Made by a program: the position numbers and the translations under genes | Assembly: GCA_013239625.1 (NCBI GenBank) | Contig: MU054120.1 | Span: 1-64,000, forward strand | DNA from: Lama guanicoe | Lineage: Eukaryota | DNA: 64,000 nucleotides | Direction of reading: 5' to 3' | Notes under the pieces: model-generated | Databases searched by the model: none | What the model was told of the DNA's origin: nothing | The model's input: only the letters and a program-made list of their open reading frames with translations | Shown: positions 1 through 13,503 of the stretch, piece by piece | Layout: each line of letters starts with the position of its first letter | Numbering within the stretch: the stretch's first letter is position 1

Positions 1-591
1 CCTGTATGTCTTCTTTGGAAAAATGTCCTCTGTCCCTTTTTTAATTGTTAGGGTTTGTTTGTTTTTTTTGATATTGTGTGAGTTGTGTATTTTGGATATT
101 TACTCCTTATCAGATGTGATGCATTATTTGCAAATATCTTGTCCCATTCAGCCAGCAGCCTTTTCATTTTGTTGATAGTATTTTCTGCATGCAGAAGATT
201 TTTAGTTTGATGTATTCTCATTTTTGATTTTTGCTTTTGTTTCTCTTGCCTGAGGAAACAGATTTAAAAAAATGTTGCTAAGACCCCTGTGAAAGCACTT
301 ACTACCTATGATTCTTCTAGAACATTTTTTTATGGTCTCAGGTCTTGCATTTAACTTTTCAATCCATTTTAAGTATATTTTTGTATGTGTATGAGAAACT
401 AGTCCAGTTTGATTCTTTTGTATGTAACTATCCAGTTTTCCCAACTCCATTTATTAAAGTCGTCTCTTTTCCCTAGGGTATATCCTTGTCTCCTGTGTTG
501 TAGATTAATTGACCGTATGCTTGTGGATTTATTTCTGGGCTCTCTGTTCTGTTCCCTTGATATGTGTCTGTTTGTATGCCAACACCGTAGT

Positions 592-703
592 GTTTGTTTG
601 TTTGTTTGTTTAAATTGAATTACAGTCAGTTACAGTGTGTCAGTTTCTGGTATACAGCACAATGCCACATTCATGCATATGCATACATATATTAATTTTC
701 ATG
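592..703 (-). mobile_element. Short L1 3'-end fragment nested in the older L1 ORF2
   Basis: A (TTTG)n tail followed by 'ttgaattacagtcagttacagtgtgtcagtttctggtatacagcacaatg', matching the L1 3' end at 30865. The host ORF2 resumes at 'ccatgctactttgattattgtgg'. Confidence 0.75.
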
Positions 704-3700
704 TTCCATGCTACTTTGATTATTGTGGCTTCACAGTATGGTTTGAATCAAGGAACATAATACCTCCAGCTTTGTTTCTCTTTCTCAAGAATGTTTTGGT
801 TATTAAGGTATTTTGTGTTTCCATACAAATTTTTTAATTATTTGTTCTAATTCTGTGAAAAATGCCATTGTATTTTGATAGGAATTACATTGACTTTGTG
901 TACTACCTTGGGTAGTATGGTCATTTTAACAATATTAATTGTTCCAATCTATGAACAGGGTACATCTTTCCATTTGTTTATGTTATCTTCAATTTCTTTC
1001 ATGAATGTTTTATAGTCTTCTGAATACATGTGTATTATCTTCTTAGATTTATTGTTTTTGCTGCAATTGCAAAAGAGACTGTTTTCTTAATTTTGTTTTC
1101 TGATAGTTTGTTACTAGTATAAAGAAATGCAACAGATTTTTATATGTTAATTTTGTATCCTACAACTTTACTGAATTTATGTTTTAGTTCTAATAGCTTT
1201 TTGGCAGCATCTTTTGATTTTTTTATGTATAGTATCATGTCATTGGCAAATGGTAACAGTTTTACCTCTTCATTTTCATTTTGGATGCCTTGTCTCCTTT
1301 TTTTTCCCCAGTCTGATTGCTGTGACTAATATGTCTAATACTGTGTTGAATAAAAGTAATAATAGTGAGCATCCTCGTCCTGTTACTGATCTTAGAGGAA
1401 AAGGTTTCAGCTTTTCATCATTGAGTATGGTGTTAGCTGTGAGCTTGCCATATTTGGCCTTTACTGTATTGAGGTATAGTCCCTCTATAGCCACTTTGCC
1501 GAGTTTTTGTCATTAATGGATGTTGAATTTTGTCAAAAGTTTTTTCTGTGTCTATTGAGATAATCATAATGTATTTATTCCTCAGTTTGTCAATGGGATG
1601 TATCACGCTGACTGATTTGCAAATAGTGAACCATCCTTGGGTCCCTGGGATAAATCCTACTTGGTCATGGTGTATGATCCTGTTATTATACTGTTGAATT
1701 TGACTTCCTTAATTTTTTTGAGGATTTTGCATCTATGTTAATCAGTGATATTGGTCTGTAATTTTCTTTTCTGTGTGTGGTGTGTTTGGTTTTGGGATTA
1801 GGGTGATGCTAGCCTTGTAAAATGAGTTTGCAAGTGTTTCTTCCTCTTCAGTTTATTTGGAATGGTTTTAGAAGGCTATGTGTTAACTCTCCTTTGTGTT
1901 TTTGGTAGAATTTACTACAAAGGTATCTGATCCTTTCAGTCCTGGGCTTTTGTTTGTTGGGAATTTTTTCTGTTTGTTTTTTGTTTTTTATTACTGATTC
2001 AGTTTCATTATTTGTAAATAGTCTGTTCATATATCTTTCTGATTTCAGACATGGGAGATTTTATGTTTCTAGGGACTTATTCATTTCTTCCAGGTTGTTC
2101 ATTTTATTGACATATAATTGTAGTAATCTCACCTAATCCTTTGTATTTTATTTCTGATTTTATTTCTTTGGGCCCTCTCTCTTTTTATCGTGATGAATCT
2201 GCCAAAGGTTTATCAATTTTGTTTATTTTTCAAAGAACCATCTCTTACTTTCATTGATCTTTACTACTGCCTGTTTAGTCTCTATTTCATTTACTTCTGT
2301 TCTGATTTTTATTATTTCTTTCCTTCTACTAACTTCAGGTTTTGATTATTCTTCATTTTCTAGTTCCTTCAGGTGTATAGTTAGGTTGTTGAAAATTTTT
2401 CTTGTTTCCGGAGGCAAGCTCATATGTCTATACACTTCCTTCTTGAAACTGCTTTGTTGCATCCCACAGATTGTGGATCATGGTGTTTTTATTTTCATTT
2501 GTCTCCATTTTTTTTTTCATTTCCTCTTTGATTTCTTCAGTTTAGTAGCATATTGTAGCATATTGTTTAGCCTCCACATGTTTGTGCTTTTTGCAGATTT
2601 TTTGTTGTTTTTTTTTTCTTGTAGTTGATTTCTGGTCTCATACTCTTGTGATCTGAAAAGATACTTGATATGAATTCAGTCTGCTTAGGTGACTTCCACT
2701 ACTCTGTCTTCTAGTTTGCTGATCTACTCTACTCTATCATGTAGTCTACTATTCTTGCAGTGTATATTTTTATTTCAGTTTTTGTAGTTTTCAGCTCTGT
2801 TTGGTTCTTTTTTATATTTTCTCTTTGTTAAACTCAGTGTGTTCATCCATTTTTCTCCTGAGCTCACTGAGCAACTTTATAATCAATAACTTGAATTCCT
2901 TATTGGGTAGACTGCTTATCTCTACCTTCACTTAGCTCTTTTTCAGGAGTCTTACTGTGTTCCTTGTAAAAATGTTCTTCAGTCACCTCATTTGCCTGAT
3001 ACCTGTTTTTATTTCTACAGATTAGGTAGGTCACTTACGTTTCTTGATCTTGGAGAAGTAGCCTTAATGCAGGAGACATCCTGTGGGCCCCAGCGTGCTC
3101 CCCTCTGGTCACAGGAGCTTTATGCTCAAGCGATGCTCCATATGTGGGCTGCATGAGCCCTTCTGTTACAGAGTTGACTGCTGTGAGTATGCTGGTAGCT
3201 GGAACTGTCCTTTCACCAAGTTGGCTGCAGCATGCAGGTAGATGGGGCTGCATCATGGGGTACTGCTTGTCGGGTTCTGGGGTCCTGGTGCCAGCCTGCT
3301 TGTGGGTAGGGACTAGGCCCACACATGAATGGCTGCTTTACCTAAAATGTCCTAGGACTGGAGCTGACTGGCTGGTGTGTTGATAAGCCCCTACTGCTAA
3401 CTCCATAGTGGCACTTGGCAGCGTGAGTGTCCTCATGGTAGAACAAGCTCCCAAAAATGGTTTCTGCCAGCATCTATGTCCCAGAGGTTCTCTTTTGCAT
3501 CCTACTTCTCTGGGAGGCTCTCCAACATCAGCAGGTGGGTCTGACCCAGTGTCCTTTTAAATTACTACTTCTGTGCTGGGTCTTGGAGCATGTGAGGCTT
3601 TTCCTGAGCCCTTTACGTCTGAAGTTTCTGTTTTCTACAGCCCTCTTTAGAAGCCTTTTACACAAGCACCAGTGGCCTTCAAAGCCAGATGTTCTGCTGG

Positions 3701-3999
3701 CTCATCTTTCCGATTCAGGTTCCTGCATAAGGGAGCCTTGGACCCCACGCTTCTTGGGGAGAACCTCTGCAGTTGTGATTATCCTCCCATTTGTGGGTCT
3801 CCTACCCAGGGATGTGAGTCTTGACTATAGCACTTCTCTGCCCTTCCTTCTTGTCTCATTGTGGTTCTTTATTTATAAATTTAGTTGTGGAAAATGTTTT
3901 CTGCTAGTTTTCAGGTCCTTCTCATCAACAGTCACTCTGCAAATAGTTGTCATATTGATGTGCCCATAGAAGGAAATGAGCTCTGGGTCTCCCTACTTT

Positions 4000-4009
4000 G
4001 CCATTTTGG
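4000..4009 (+). promoter_or_regulatory. YY1-like motif at the L1 5' terminus (decayed internal promoter)
   Basis: GCCATTTTGG lies at the position where L1 5'UTRs carry the YY1 site (CAAGATGGCG-like on the L1 sense strand). Confidence 0.45.
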
Positions 4010-4929
4010 CCATGCCCTCATTCCAAAGCCTTTTTAAATTAATACACTTCTTAACAGCATTTGTTTGAAAACATATCGCATGTTTTTCTTCCATAGGAAA
4101 TAAAGCTTATTGAAGCAAAATTAATTGTTAATTGCAATATATTGTTTGATAAAAAATGCAAAGGCCCTCTTAAGGCTGTTGAACAAGGATATTGCTCAGT
4201 CACTCAAAAGCATTAGTCTGGGTTAAGGCCTGAGGAACTCTTTGATTAGTGAAGTTAACAAATTTTATTTGAGTGAGTTTATGTCTTAAATTTTGAATGT
4301 GCAGAAGGCTCTTTGCTCTATTTTTAAATTAAGTCGATTTCAACTCAGTTCTCAGAGAATTAAAAAAAAATCCTCTGCACAATAGATGTTATCGGCACCA
4401 AATCCAAATTTAGGCACCTAAATAACTATTACTAAAGTTAAATATATACATAAATACATAAATAAATAATAAAGAAATAAAGCAATTAGCCTAATTCAAT
4501 GCTCTCAATTGACCTTTGAGGAATTTTCAGACTTGGACTCATCCAAATTTTATGAAAGCCAAACTTCCCAGTGAATAAAATAATGCGTTGGTTTGACACA
4601 TGAGTATGGTCATCACATAAAATGTACACAAATGTAGATGATGGTACTGATGATATTATAAATGAACTTTTAGAATTTACTTTATTGTTGTTGACATACA
4701 CTACTACATTTTCTAAAAACATTGCACAAAAATTGATGTAAAAGGTAGATTACAAATACATAGATCCTGATGCTATAATATTGTTTTGTTTGCTGAGACA
4801 ACAATATCTAAATGTCAAAGAAGATTATATTTATAAATACCACTGTGGAATGAAAATGAAGGTTTCTCAAAATTATAAATTTATTTAAAAGCCAATGCCT
4901 TGTTATGTTAATGTTAAAAAGCCCTATTT

Positions 4930-6115
4930 CAACAACAGTATGAAATGTGCAAAGATATTGGTAAATACCAATATAGAAAAAAACTAGTAAAAAAAAACTG
5001 TCCCTAGGAAAGCTCAGATGTTAGATTTACTAAACAGGGACTTTATATCAACTGTTACTAAATATGTTTAAGGAACTGAAAGAATGTATGAGAACAGTGT
5101 CTCACCAGGATAGAGTAACAATAAAGAAAGAGATAATATTTTTCAAGGAACCAAATAGAAAATCTGCAGCTGTAAGTATAATAATTGAAATAAATTCGTG
5201 ACAGAGGATGCAACCAATTTCAGCTGGAAGAAGAAAACAATCAGTGAATTTGAAAAGTGTTCAACAGAGATTATCCATCCCATGTAACAAAATAAAAAAA
5301 GTAATTTTTAAAAATGTACAAATCCTCAGCAATCTGTTGGAGATCATCAAGCTTACTAACATTCACATGATGGAAGTTTAAGAAGAAGAGAAGAGAGAGA
5401 AAGAAACTTCAAGAATATTTAAAGATATAGTGTCAGAAAACATGTCAAATTTGTTGAAAAACATTAATACACACATCCAAGAAGTTCAAAGAATTTCAGG
5501 TAGGATTTGGACTCAAAGAGATTCACACTTGGGCACATCACATTCAAACCGTCAAAAATAAAGAACAAAAAACATCTTTAAAGCAGTAAGAAATAAGCAA
5601 CTCAACATGTACAAACAATCCTCAATTATATTGAAAGCTTATTTCATCTTCAAAACTATGAAAGTCAAGAAGCAGGGATGTTATATTCAAATATTCAAAA
5701 TGTTGAAAGAAAAAGACTGTCAACCAGTAATTCTACGTTTAGCATGTTATCTTTCAAAAATTAAAGGAAATTATATTTAGAGAAAAATTAAAATAGAAAA
5801 TTTATCATTATCATACCTGGATTATAAGCCAATGGACACATTAAAAAAAAAGTTCAACATCATTAGGCACTAGAGAAATGCAAATCAAAACCACATTGAG
5901 ATATCATTACAGACCTATAGGATGCCTGTAACCAAAATGACAGACAATAATAAGAGTTGCTGAGGATGTGGAAAAATTGGAACATTTACATTTCTGGTGG
6001 GAATATAAAATAGCACAGCTCCTTTGGAAAACAATTTGGCAGTTCCTCAAAAAATAAAATACAAGGTTACCATTCCTAGATATTTACTTAAGGGAATTGG
6101 AAGAATAGATGTATT
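4930..6115 (+). mobile_element. Old LINE-1 (L1M-type): ORF1 remnant joined directly to the ORF2 C-terminal end
   Basis: A-rich ORF1-like text ('gaagttcaaagaatttcaggtagg', 'ctgtcaaccagtaattctacg') runs to ~5820, then 'catcattaggcactagagaaatgcaaatcaaaaccacattgagatatca', typical of the L1 ORF2 end. Confidence 0.8.
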
Positions 6116-6127
6116 TGTGTGAGAAAA

Positions 6128-6145
6128 CACACACACACACACACA

Positions 6146-6184
<39 letters not shown>
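6128..6184. repeat. (CA)n microsatellite with one CT interruption
   Basis: Read directly from the sequence. Confidence 0.97.
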
Positions 6185-6187
<3 letters not shown>

Positions 6188-6214
6188 TACTTTTATTTAA
6201 GAAAGAATTAAACG

Positions 6215-6412
6215 CAGTGGGCCTCCCCACCATAACTATGGGTTCCGTATCCCAGGATCTGTCTGAAGTCGGTTGAATTCATGGATGCAAAGCCATGGAT
6301 AGGGAGAGCAGACTGTACTCGACTATTTTATAGAAGGGACTTGAGCATCCACAGATTTTGGTGTCTGCAGAGGTCCTGGAACCAATGCCCTGCAGATACC
6401 CAGGGGCAACTA
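6215..6412. mobile_element. MER2/Tigger-type (TcMar) non-autonomous DNA transposon
   Basis: 'ggacttgagcatccacagattttggtgtctgcagaggtcctggaaccaatgccctgcagatacccaggggcaacta' and 'ggttgaattcatggatgcaaagccatggatagggagagcagactgta' resemble MER2 termini; TA follows the right end. Confidence 0.8.
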
Positions 6413-6429
6413 TAATTTATATAGCTCTA

Positions 6430-8490
6430 TAACTATTACATTGAATTATCACTAAAAACGTTCCAAAAATATAAACCCCAAGTCTAGGTTCTTTCACTGG
6501 TGAATTATCCCAAATTTGGTGAATTCTACTACACATCAGTGAAAGAAAAATAACAATTCTGCAAAATCTCTCTGTGAAATGAGGGAGACAGAAGCACTTC
6601 TCAATTCATTTTATAAATCTTTCATTACCCTAAAAGATTAATGAGACAAAGACATTTCCTGACAACTACTGACCAACATCTCTCATGTATATAGATACAA
6701 AATAGTCAAAAGTAAATCAACAAAATTAATTATGTTAATAGACTAAAATAAGAAAAAATACAATTATATTAATAAATGCAGAAAGATTAGTGATATTGCA
6801 ACATCCATTCATTATAATAATAATAAAACTCAGTAAACCGAGAATACAAAGTTCCCTAATCTAAGAAAGCATTTATAAAAAACTAGGGCGAACTACTTAA
6901 TGACAAAACACTGAATGCTTTCCCCCAAGGATACTGAACAAGACAAAGATGTTCTCTCTCATAGGCCCTGCTTAATTTTATACTAGAATTCTTAATGAAG
7001 ACAAGGGAAAAATAAAAATGAATAAAAAATTCAAATTGGAATGGATGAAAAAAAGCTGTCTCCATTCATGAATAAAATATTATCTATGTAGTAAATCTTA
7101 AAACCTTACAAAATAGCTCCTAGAAATAAGTTTAACACGCTGTCAAGATACAGGAGTTAATTGTATCACTACATACCAGCAGTCAACAATTTGAATTGGA
7201 AATTATCAAAACATCTCCATTTCCAAAAGTGTCAAAAAGTTAAATACTTAGGAAAATATTTAACAAAATATGTGCAGCATCTGTAGGCTGAAAACTACAA
7301 AACACTTAGAAAAATTTTTTAAAAAATGTAAATAGATACATTGTGTTTATGAATCAGAAGACTCAGTATTATCAAGGATTTCTCCCCAAATTAAATATAT
7401 GCAATTTTTATTTAAAAACAAAACAATATGATATCTATAAAAGAATGAACATATAGATCGGTTCAGCAGAACAAAGAGCCCAAGAGTAGATCTACACGAA
7501 TATAAGCACCTGATTTTTTACAAAGAAGCTGAAACAATTTAATGGAGAAAGGACAGTCTTTTCAGCAAATAGTGGTGGAACATTAATCATCATATATTAA
7601 ACAAGAAACTTAGAACATGCCTTACACCGTATATACAAATTAACTCAAAGGGGATGATAATCCTAAATATAAAATTAAAACTCAAATTTTAAAAGGAAAA
7701 CATAGCATAAAGAATATGGGAGCTTGCATTTGACAAAAGAGTTTTCAGTTATCACAACAAAAGCCGAATGCATTAAAAATATTGAAGAATGGCATTCTTC
7801 AATGTTAAAAACATTCACTCTTCAGGAGACATTGTTAAAAGAATTAAAAGATAAGCCACAGTTTTAGAGAAAATAATTGCATATCATATCTATGGTAAAA
7901 AGAGCTTTTTCTTTCACTGTATATGAACTCTTAAAACTCATAAAAATTTTAATAAGAAAAAAATCTATAAAGACACTTTACCAAAGAAGTAGTACAGATG
8001 GCACTTATGTATGTGGAAAAATGCTGGAAATCATTAGTCATTATGTAATTGCAAATTAAAAATATGCCTTGCATGCATTAAATTGACTAACAAAAAATAC
8101 TAACAGTTCTATGAACCAGTGGGAAAATGGAACAATTGGGACTCTCATCCATTTCTGGCTAATGCAAAATGGTACAACAGTTTTGGAAATCTGTTTGGCA
8201 GTAAATACATTTCACATAAGGCCTTGCAATCGCACTTTAGGGATTTATTCAAATGGATTAAAAATGAATGTTCACACACACACACAATCTGTGTGCAAAA
8301 ATTCATAGCAGTCTTATTCATATCACCAAAATCTGAAGCCAACATAGTTGTTCTTCAATAGGTGATTGGATAAACAATATTTAGTCCACCCGTGCTATGT
8401 CATGCTTTTCAGCAGTAAAAGGAAATGAATTATTAATCCATGCAAAAACATGAATGAAACTAACCTGCATTTTGTTATATGAGGGAAGTC
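6430..8490 (+). mobile_element. Old LINE-1 ORF2/3'UTR fragments (L1MC/L1MD-like), internally deleted
   Basis: Collinear ORF2 landmarks: 'ttcactggtgaatt', 'aataaatgcagaaaag', 'aaaacactgaatgctttccccc', 'gacagtcttttcagcaaatagtggtggaac', 'ttcatagcagtcttattcatatcaccaaaa'. Confidence 0.85.
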
Positions 8491-8555
8491 ATTGTACTAC
8501 AGTATTATTTTTTACAAATAAAAAGTAGACCCAAAAAACTGAGACAGTTTAATTC

Positions 8556-8775
8556 AGGGAACACACATTCCAATGTCTGCCAGGGATGCTAAATGGTAAA
8601 TTACATATATGAAGTGGCCGGGTAAGGTAGTAAGTGCTAAACTGATGGTATTATAGCCCAATTCTTAAAAGTATTATGCCCTTTTAAAACACAAACTAGA
8701 TATTAACAGCAACAAAAAAAAGGATGTCTAATAAAGCAGGCCCCATACACAAACTGGGTCTCAAGTTTAACTATG
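8556..8775. mobile_element. Possible hAT-Tip100 MITE (MER45-like)
   Basis: Weak similarity of 'caggga...ttccaatgtctgccaggg...atgaagtggccggg' to the recalled MER45 5' part. Confidence 0.35.
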
Positions 8776-10799
8776 AATCCAGCCTAGACAAGGAATGACT
8801 TATCATATCTCATGTATAAGAGGGGATACTAACTTCAGGACACAGTCCTTCATTTCTACTCAGGTCAAGATAAAAATAAAATGAGAATATGTATGGGAAG
8901 ACATTTCTCTAAAACAACTTTGACCACTAGGGTGAGTCATCAAAGGAGATGACAGAACATTTCTCCTGAAATGTTTACAACAATCGTAATACTTGGTTCC
9001 TAAACCAAACTCTGAGAAAGTGCTGTGTGTTCATTTCAGCCATGAAGTTCTGTGAATTTGACAATTAATTGAGATGGTCTAGTATGCATACTCTGTTGTT
9101 CAATCTAAGTCAATTCTGATACTGAATTTCTCTAAATATCCAACATGCAAGTCAGCATCAAAATCAATAGCACTGGTTCCTCGTTGTCACCTGCCCAGAA
9201 AACATCTGATGCACATCTTCTCCTTCATTCAAGGCGGCCAGCACTCTGTACAGAACATTCACGCCAACACTCTGAATAAATGTGTGCTTTTCAAGCAATA
9301 TTTTCTCAAGTGTGAGATCAGTTTGGATTTGACAGTTAAAGGAAATGTGCAATCCTTCAGGAAATGAAGCAGTAAGGACACATTTTTAGTATTTTTTTTT
9401 CTAGTTATCAACAAAATGATCATGTATTGGGGTATTTCAGATGAAAGAGCATCATTTATGTAACCTAGATTTCATCCAAACCATGAAACATTTTTAATGC
9501 GTTGCATCAAAAATGTCAAAGCAACAAGTAATAGGCTAGATTTCTGAAAATACTTGACTTCAGGGAGACTTGAATATCTAGAAGAATTATACAAACACTG
9601 TAGCAATGCATTAATAATTCTATGTTTATTCTCTCTTCACTCTGACTGTTGAAGCAACTGGTGAAAGTATTCACCATGCAGTAATCAGATTCTTTCCCTA
9701 AGGCTGATATAACTAGGTCAGTGAGACTTTGTATAGCTATTTTAGTTAAAAGTTCAAATTACTTATTCTTTGATTAATGGTGATCCAGGAAGAAGTAGCC
9801 TTTAAACATCATATACGTAAAACTTAGCGATTTTTCTAAATAACATTCATCAGCCTGCAACCATTTTGGTCTTTTTCTAAAATCTTCTGTTACATCTCTT
9901 TTCCCTCTGGTTTAGGATAAACATCAAACTTGAAACCTGACTAATTATACTTGGTGACATTGGAGAGAATTTATTTAAGAGTAAGTTCTTTCACAAAGAA
10001 AATTCAGTGAAATTCAATAAATACAATACAACTCCTATATTAACTTCAATGAAGTTCTCCCAGAGCTCAGATGCTTGGAGATGTTTGTAAAAACAGGTAA
10101 CTTGGACGCTAGCTGGGGTTTTCTCAGCTTAGTCAGATTAATCAAAAAGCACTTGTGCAGCTATTTATTAGCACACACAATTTAGCTGAGTAACAGTCAG
10201 GCTTCTCTATTTCATGGGTTGGTTGCTTACCGGTAATATCATTCCTGGGAGAATTCGGCACTTTTAATTATGCTGTGAATAGTTTACAGTATTGAGCTAC
10301 GGAATGGAAATTAAACTGAGGACATTTTATTTGTGCATTGGTTAATTAAATAGCAGACAACAGCAAGCTAGACTTACAGAAATCTCAGCAGATTTGGTTT
10401 GTTGACCATGTGTGAATTTTTTTTCTTTTTTTAATTTCAATTAGCAACCCAGTGTGCTACAATGAAACTTGAGTCAAAAGTGGGTTTTAAAGTTTTATCC
10501 AGGCATATAAAATGACTCAAGTACTTTTAAATATTCAGTGGATATTCACAACTACCAATAAACGCACTCTTCCTTTTCAAGTTTATATTAAACGGATAAA
10601 TCATAACTCCTAAAAGTACAACTCATTGCTAACTCACAAAATACCTAAAATAATACAAAAAGAAGAGAGTGTTTACAATTGAAGTAATACAATTTTACAG
10701 AGCTGATAAAAAAGCTACTTTCCATTATTAGATAGTAATAATAAAATTCTTTAAAACTTGATTATTAACAACTGATGTAGCTCTGAGTATTTTCACATA

Positions 10800-11450
10800 C
10801 ATTCAAAGGACATTTTTGAGCCTCTACTGTATACCATGTGTCTTGCTAAATGCAGTGTATGAGTCAAATTTGAGTTATTTTCTTCAGGATCTTTTCCAAA
10901 TAGTTATTTGATCATTTAGTGACCCTGCTTAATATCCTTCAATCATTTCTTATTGTTGTTAGGATAAAGGTCACAACCTTTAACAAGGCTTACCAGGCGA
11001 GGGGGATACTGGCCCCACAGATCTGTAGAGTCTTTCTTATTTCCAACATTTTCTTTCTGTGTGCTCACATCTGGCCACAGTGACCTTTTTACAGTTCCTC
11101 AAATGGCTAGTCTCCTTGACTTAGAGCCTTTGCTGAATCTGTTCCTATTCCCCTGAAAGTCTCCTGCTCCTAGCCCACCTTGAACTTTTCCCAGTCTTTA
11201 TTGTCCAAAGTTTACTACAAATGCTGATGGAAGCCTTCACTGAGTATCCTAGATTGTAATCCCATTAACTTCTCTAATGTGGTTTGTTGTTGTTGAGCAA
11301 ATAATTGGGTAGGTGAGTCCAGAGTTCTAGGAAAAATCTTAAGTTGGAAATATAAATCTGGGATTGTCAGTATTTAAATGGTATTTAAAGCCACAAGGCT
11401 ACATGACATCACCACACAGGGGTGGGTGTAAGCAGAGAAAAGAAGAGTAT
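10800..11450. mobile_element. L2 remnants
   Basis: 'ctggccacagtgacctttttacagttcctcaaa...agagcctttgctg' and 'gtccagagttctaggaaaaatcttaagttggaaatataaatctgggattgtcag' are typical decayed L2 3' segments. Confidence 0.6.
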
Positions 11451-11459
11451 GGTACACTC

Positions 11460-12985
11460 CAAGCCTTCAGTACGTTTGTCAATCCTTGTCTTTTAACTGG
11501 TGAGTTTAGTCTATTTCTAGTTTTTTGGGGTTTTTTTTTATTTAAGTATAGTCGATTTACAATGTTGTGTTTGTTTCTGATGGACAACATAGTGATTCAG
11601 TTTTATACATATATTTATATATATATATTCTTTTTCATATTATTTTTCATTATAGGTAATTAGGAGTTACTGCATATAGTTCTCTGTGCTATACAGTAGG
11701 ACCCTGTTGTTTATCTATCCCATATATAGTATTTTGTATCTGCTAATCTCAAGTTCACCATTTATCCCTCCCCCCTTTTCTCCTTTGGTAACCATAAGTT
11801 TGTTTTCTGTGTCTGTTGAGTCTGTTTCTGTTTTGTAAATAATGAACTTATTTACATGTATCAATTGTCAATACCAATATATTTATATCTGCTTCAATAA
11901 CATAATTTATCTTACAAGTTTGACTTTACTTTTTTTAATATTTTTTCTTCCCTCACTTTAAAAGTAGTTGGTAGCCTTCTTTTTAGCCTAAGAATAAGAT
12001 AATTTTTCCGCATTCTAATGACTCTTGATCTCCACCTAACTTCATCATTCAATTGCATAGATTTCTAAGACTGGGCTATGATGTAGATGGATAGATGGAG
12101 AGATAGAGCAATTGCTCTAGATAAATAGATACAAATAGACATATTTTAAGATAGTAACAAATGTTACTAAGGCATCTGTTCATCTTTTCTTGAGATACCT
12201 CCTGATTCAGTGTCTACTATTATTTATGTACTTCATACACAACTGTATTCAACATGGCTTTTGTGTAGCAAACTTTCTGAACCTTTCATAGCCAATAATA
12301 CATTGTCATCCACTCTATGTAAATGGAAATTTAATGGAATAAAATTCTAAATGCTTTTCCTTCAAACACTAGAAATACAGCCCCATCATCCCTCATTCAT
12401 GTTTTTTAAGCTATTGTCTTTTCCTTTGTTTTGCTCTTTTATCTGTTATCTTCTCTTTTTTCTTAAAAAACTTTTCTCTTTGTCTTTCATATTTTAAATT
12501 TCACTCTCTATGTAGGACTGAAGTTTTTCCTATTGCTTTTGTAACACATGAGCCTTTTAATAGCATAAGGTCTCATGACTTTTTGTTTTGTTTTTGTTGC
12601 AATGCATTTATCTCCATTGTTTTTCATATACCTTCCCTCTTCATTTTCATCTTCCAGTCTTTCTGAGACTCCTATGACCTGCATGTTGCATTTTATTTTT
12701 ATTTTTCATATCTCTTATGTTTCCCTCTTGAAGTGTCTTCTATGATATTTCTGATTCTGATTTTACAATTTTCTGATTTGTTTCTAGCTGTATCTATTTC
12801 ATTTATTGATTCTATGTTTCAACTCTAACATTTTTCATATCTAATATTTTACTGGTTCTTTGTGATGTTTTTATGATAATATATTTGTTTATGCAAATTG
12901 GTATGATTATTAAATTACTATGAAATTCTAGGCCTTTCCATATTGATATTTCTGCTCCTGATACAATTTCTAATGTAATGAACTT
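11460..12985 (-). mobile_element. Ancient L1 (L1ME-like) remnant
   Basis: T-rich decayed L1 antisense text ('aatccttgtcttttaactggtgagtttagtctattt'), interrupted by the younger L1 3' end at 11520-11842. Confidence 0.55.
11520..11842 (-). mobile_element. 5'-truncated L1 3' end (cetartiodactyl type)
   Basis: Poly-T, then 'aagtatagtcgatttacaatgttgtg...gctatacagtaggaccctgttgtttatct...ggtaaccataagtttgttttctgtgtctg'. Confidence 0.88.
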
Positions 12986-13471
12986 TTCTGTTTGTTCCCT
13001 TGAGGTATAAATGGCAATAATTTTGTGTATATTTTAAGTGTACAACATGATAATTTTATATATGTATACATTGTGAAGTGATTACCACAATTAAGGTAAT
13101 TTAACACATACATCTACAGATTCACTTGTCTCTATTGTAATTCCAGTGACAATTTTGACAGAAGTATTATTAAAAAGAAAAGAGATAGCAAACGCTGGCA
13201 GAATGTGGAGAAAATGGAACCCATTTGCACTGTTGATGGGAGTGTAAATTGGAACAGCACTTTGGGAAACAGTAGGGAGGTTCCTCGAGAAATTAAAAAT
13301 ATTACTACCATGCAATCCATCCCACCTACTTCTGGATATTAATCCAAAGGAAATGAAATAATGATCTCAAAAAAATACTGCCCATGTTCATGGCAGCATT
13401 ATTCACAATAGCCAAGGTATGGAAACAACCTAAGTATCCACCAATGGATGAATGAATAAAGAAATGTGGTG

Positions 13472-13503
<32 letters not shown>

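Larger units (their letters stand above)
1..4019 (-). mobile_element. LINE-1, degenerate, retaining its 5' end: ORF2 remnant (~1-2690), ORF1 remnant (~2690-3030), GC-richer 5'UTR (~3030-4019); continues off the left edge of the window
   Basis: Minus-strand ORF fragments resemble L1 ORF2 ('[59 protein letters not shown]' at 1276-1494; 'NRLFTNNETESVIKN' at 1848-2030). The minus-strand start GAGGGCATGGCCAAAATGGCAAAGTAGGGAGACCCAGAGCTCA resembles the laurasiatherian L1 5' terminus. Many stops and frameshifts. Confidence 0.93.

Noticed and set aside
3457..3969. Longest ORF in the track (170 aa, plus strand)
   Set aside because: It lies antisense within the L1 5'UTR and has no recognisable domain. 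It is positionally reminiscent of primate ORF0, but nothing supports function.
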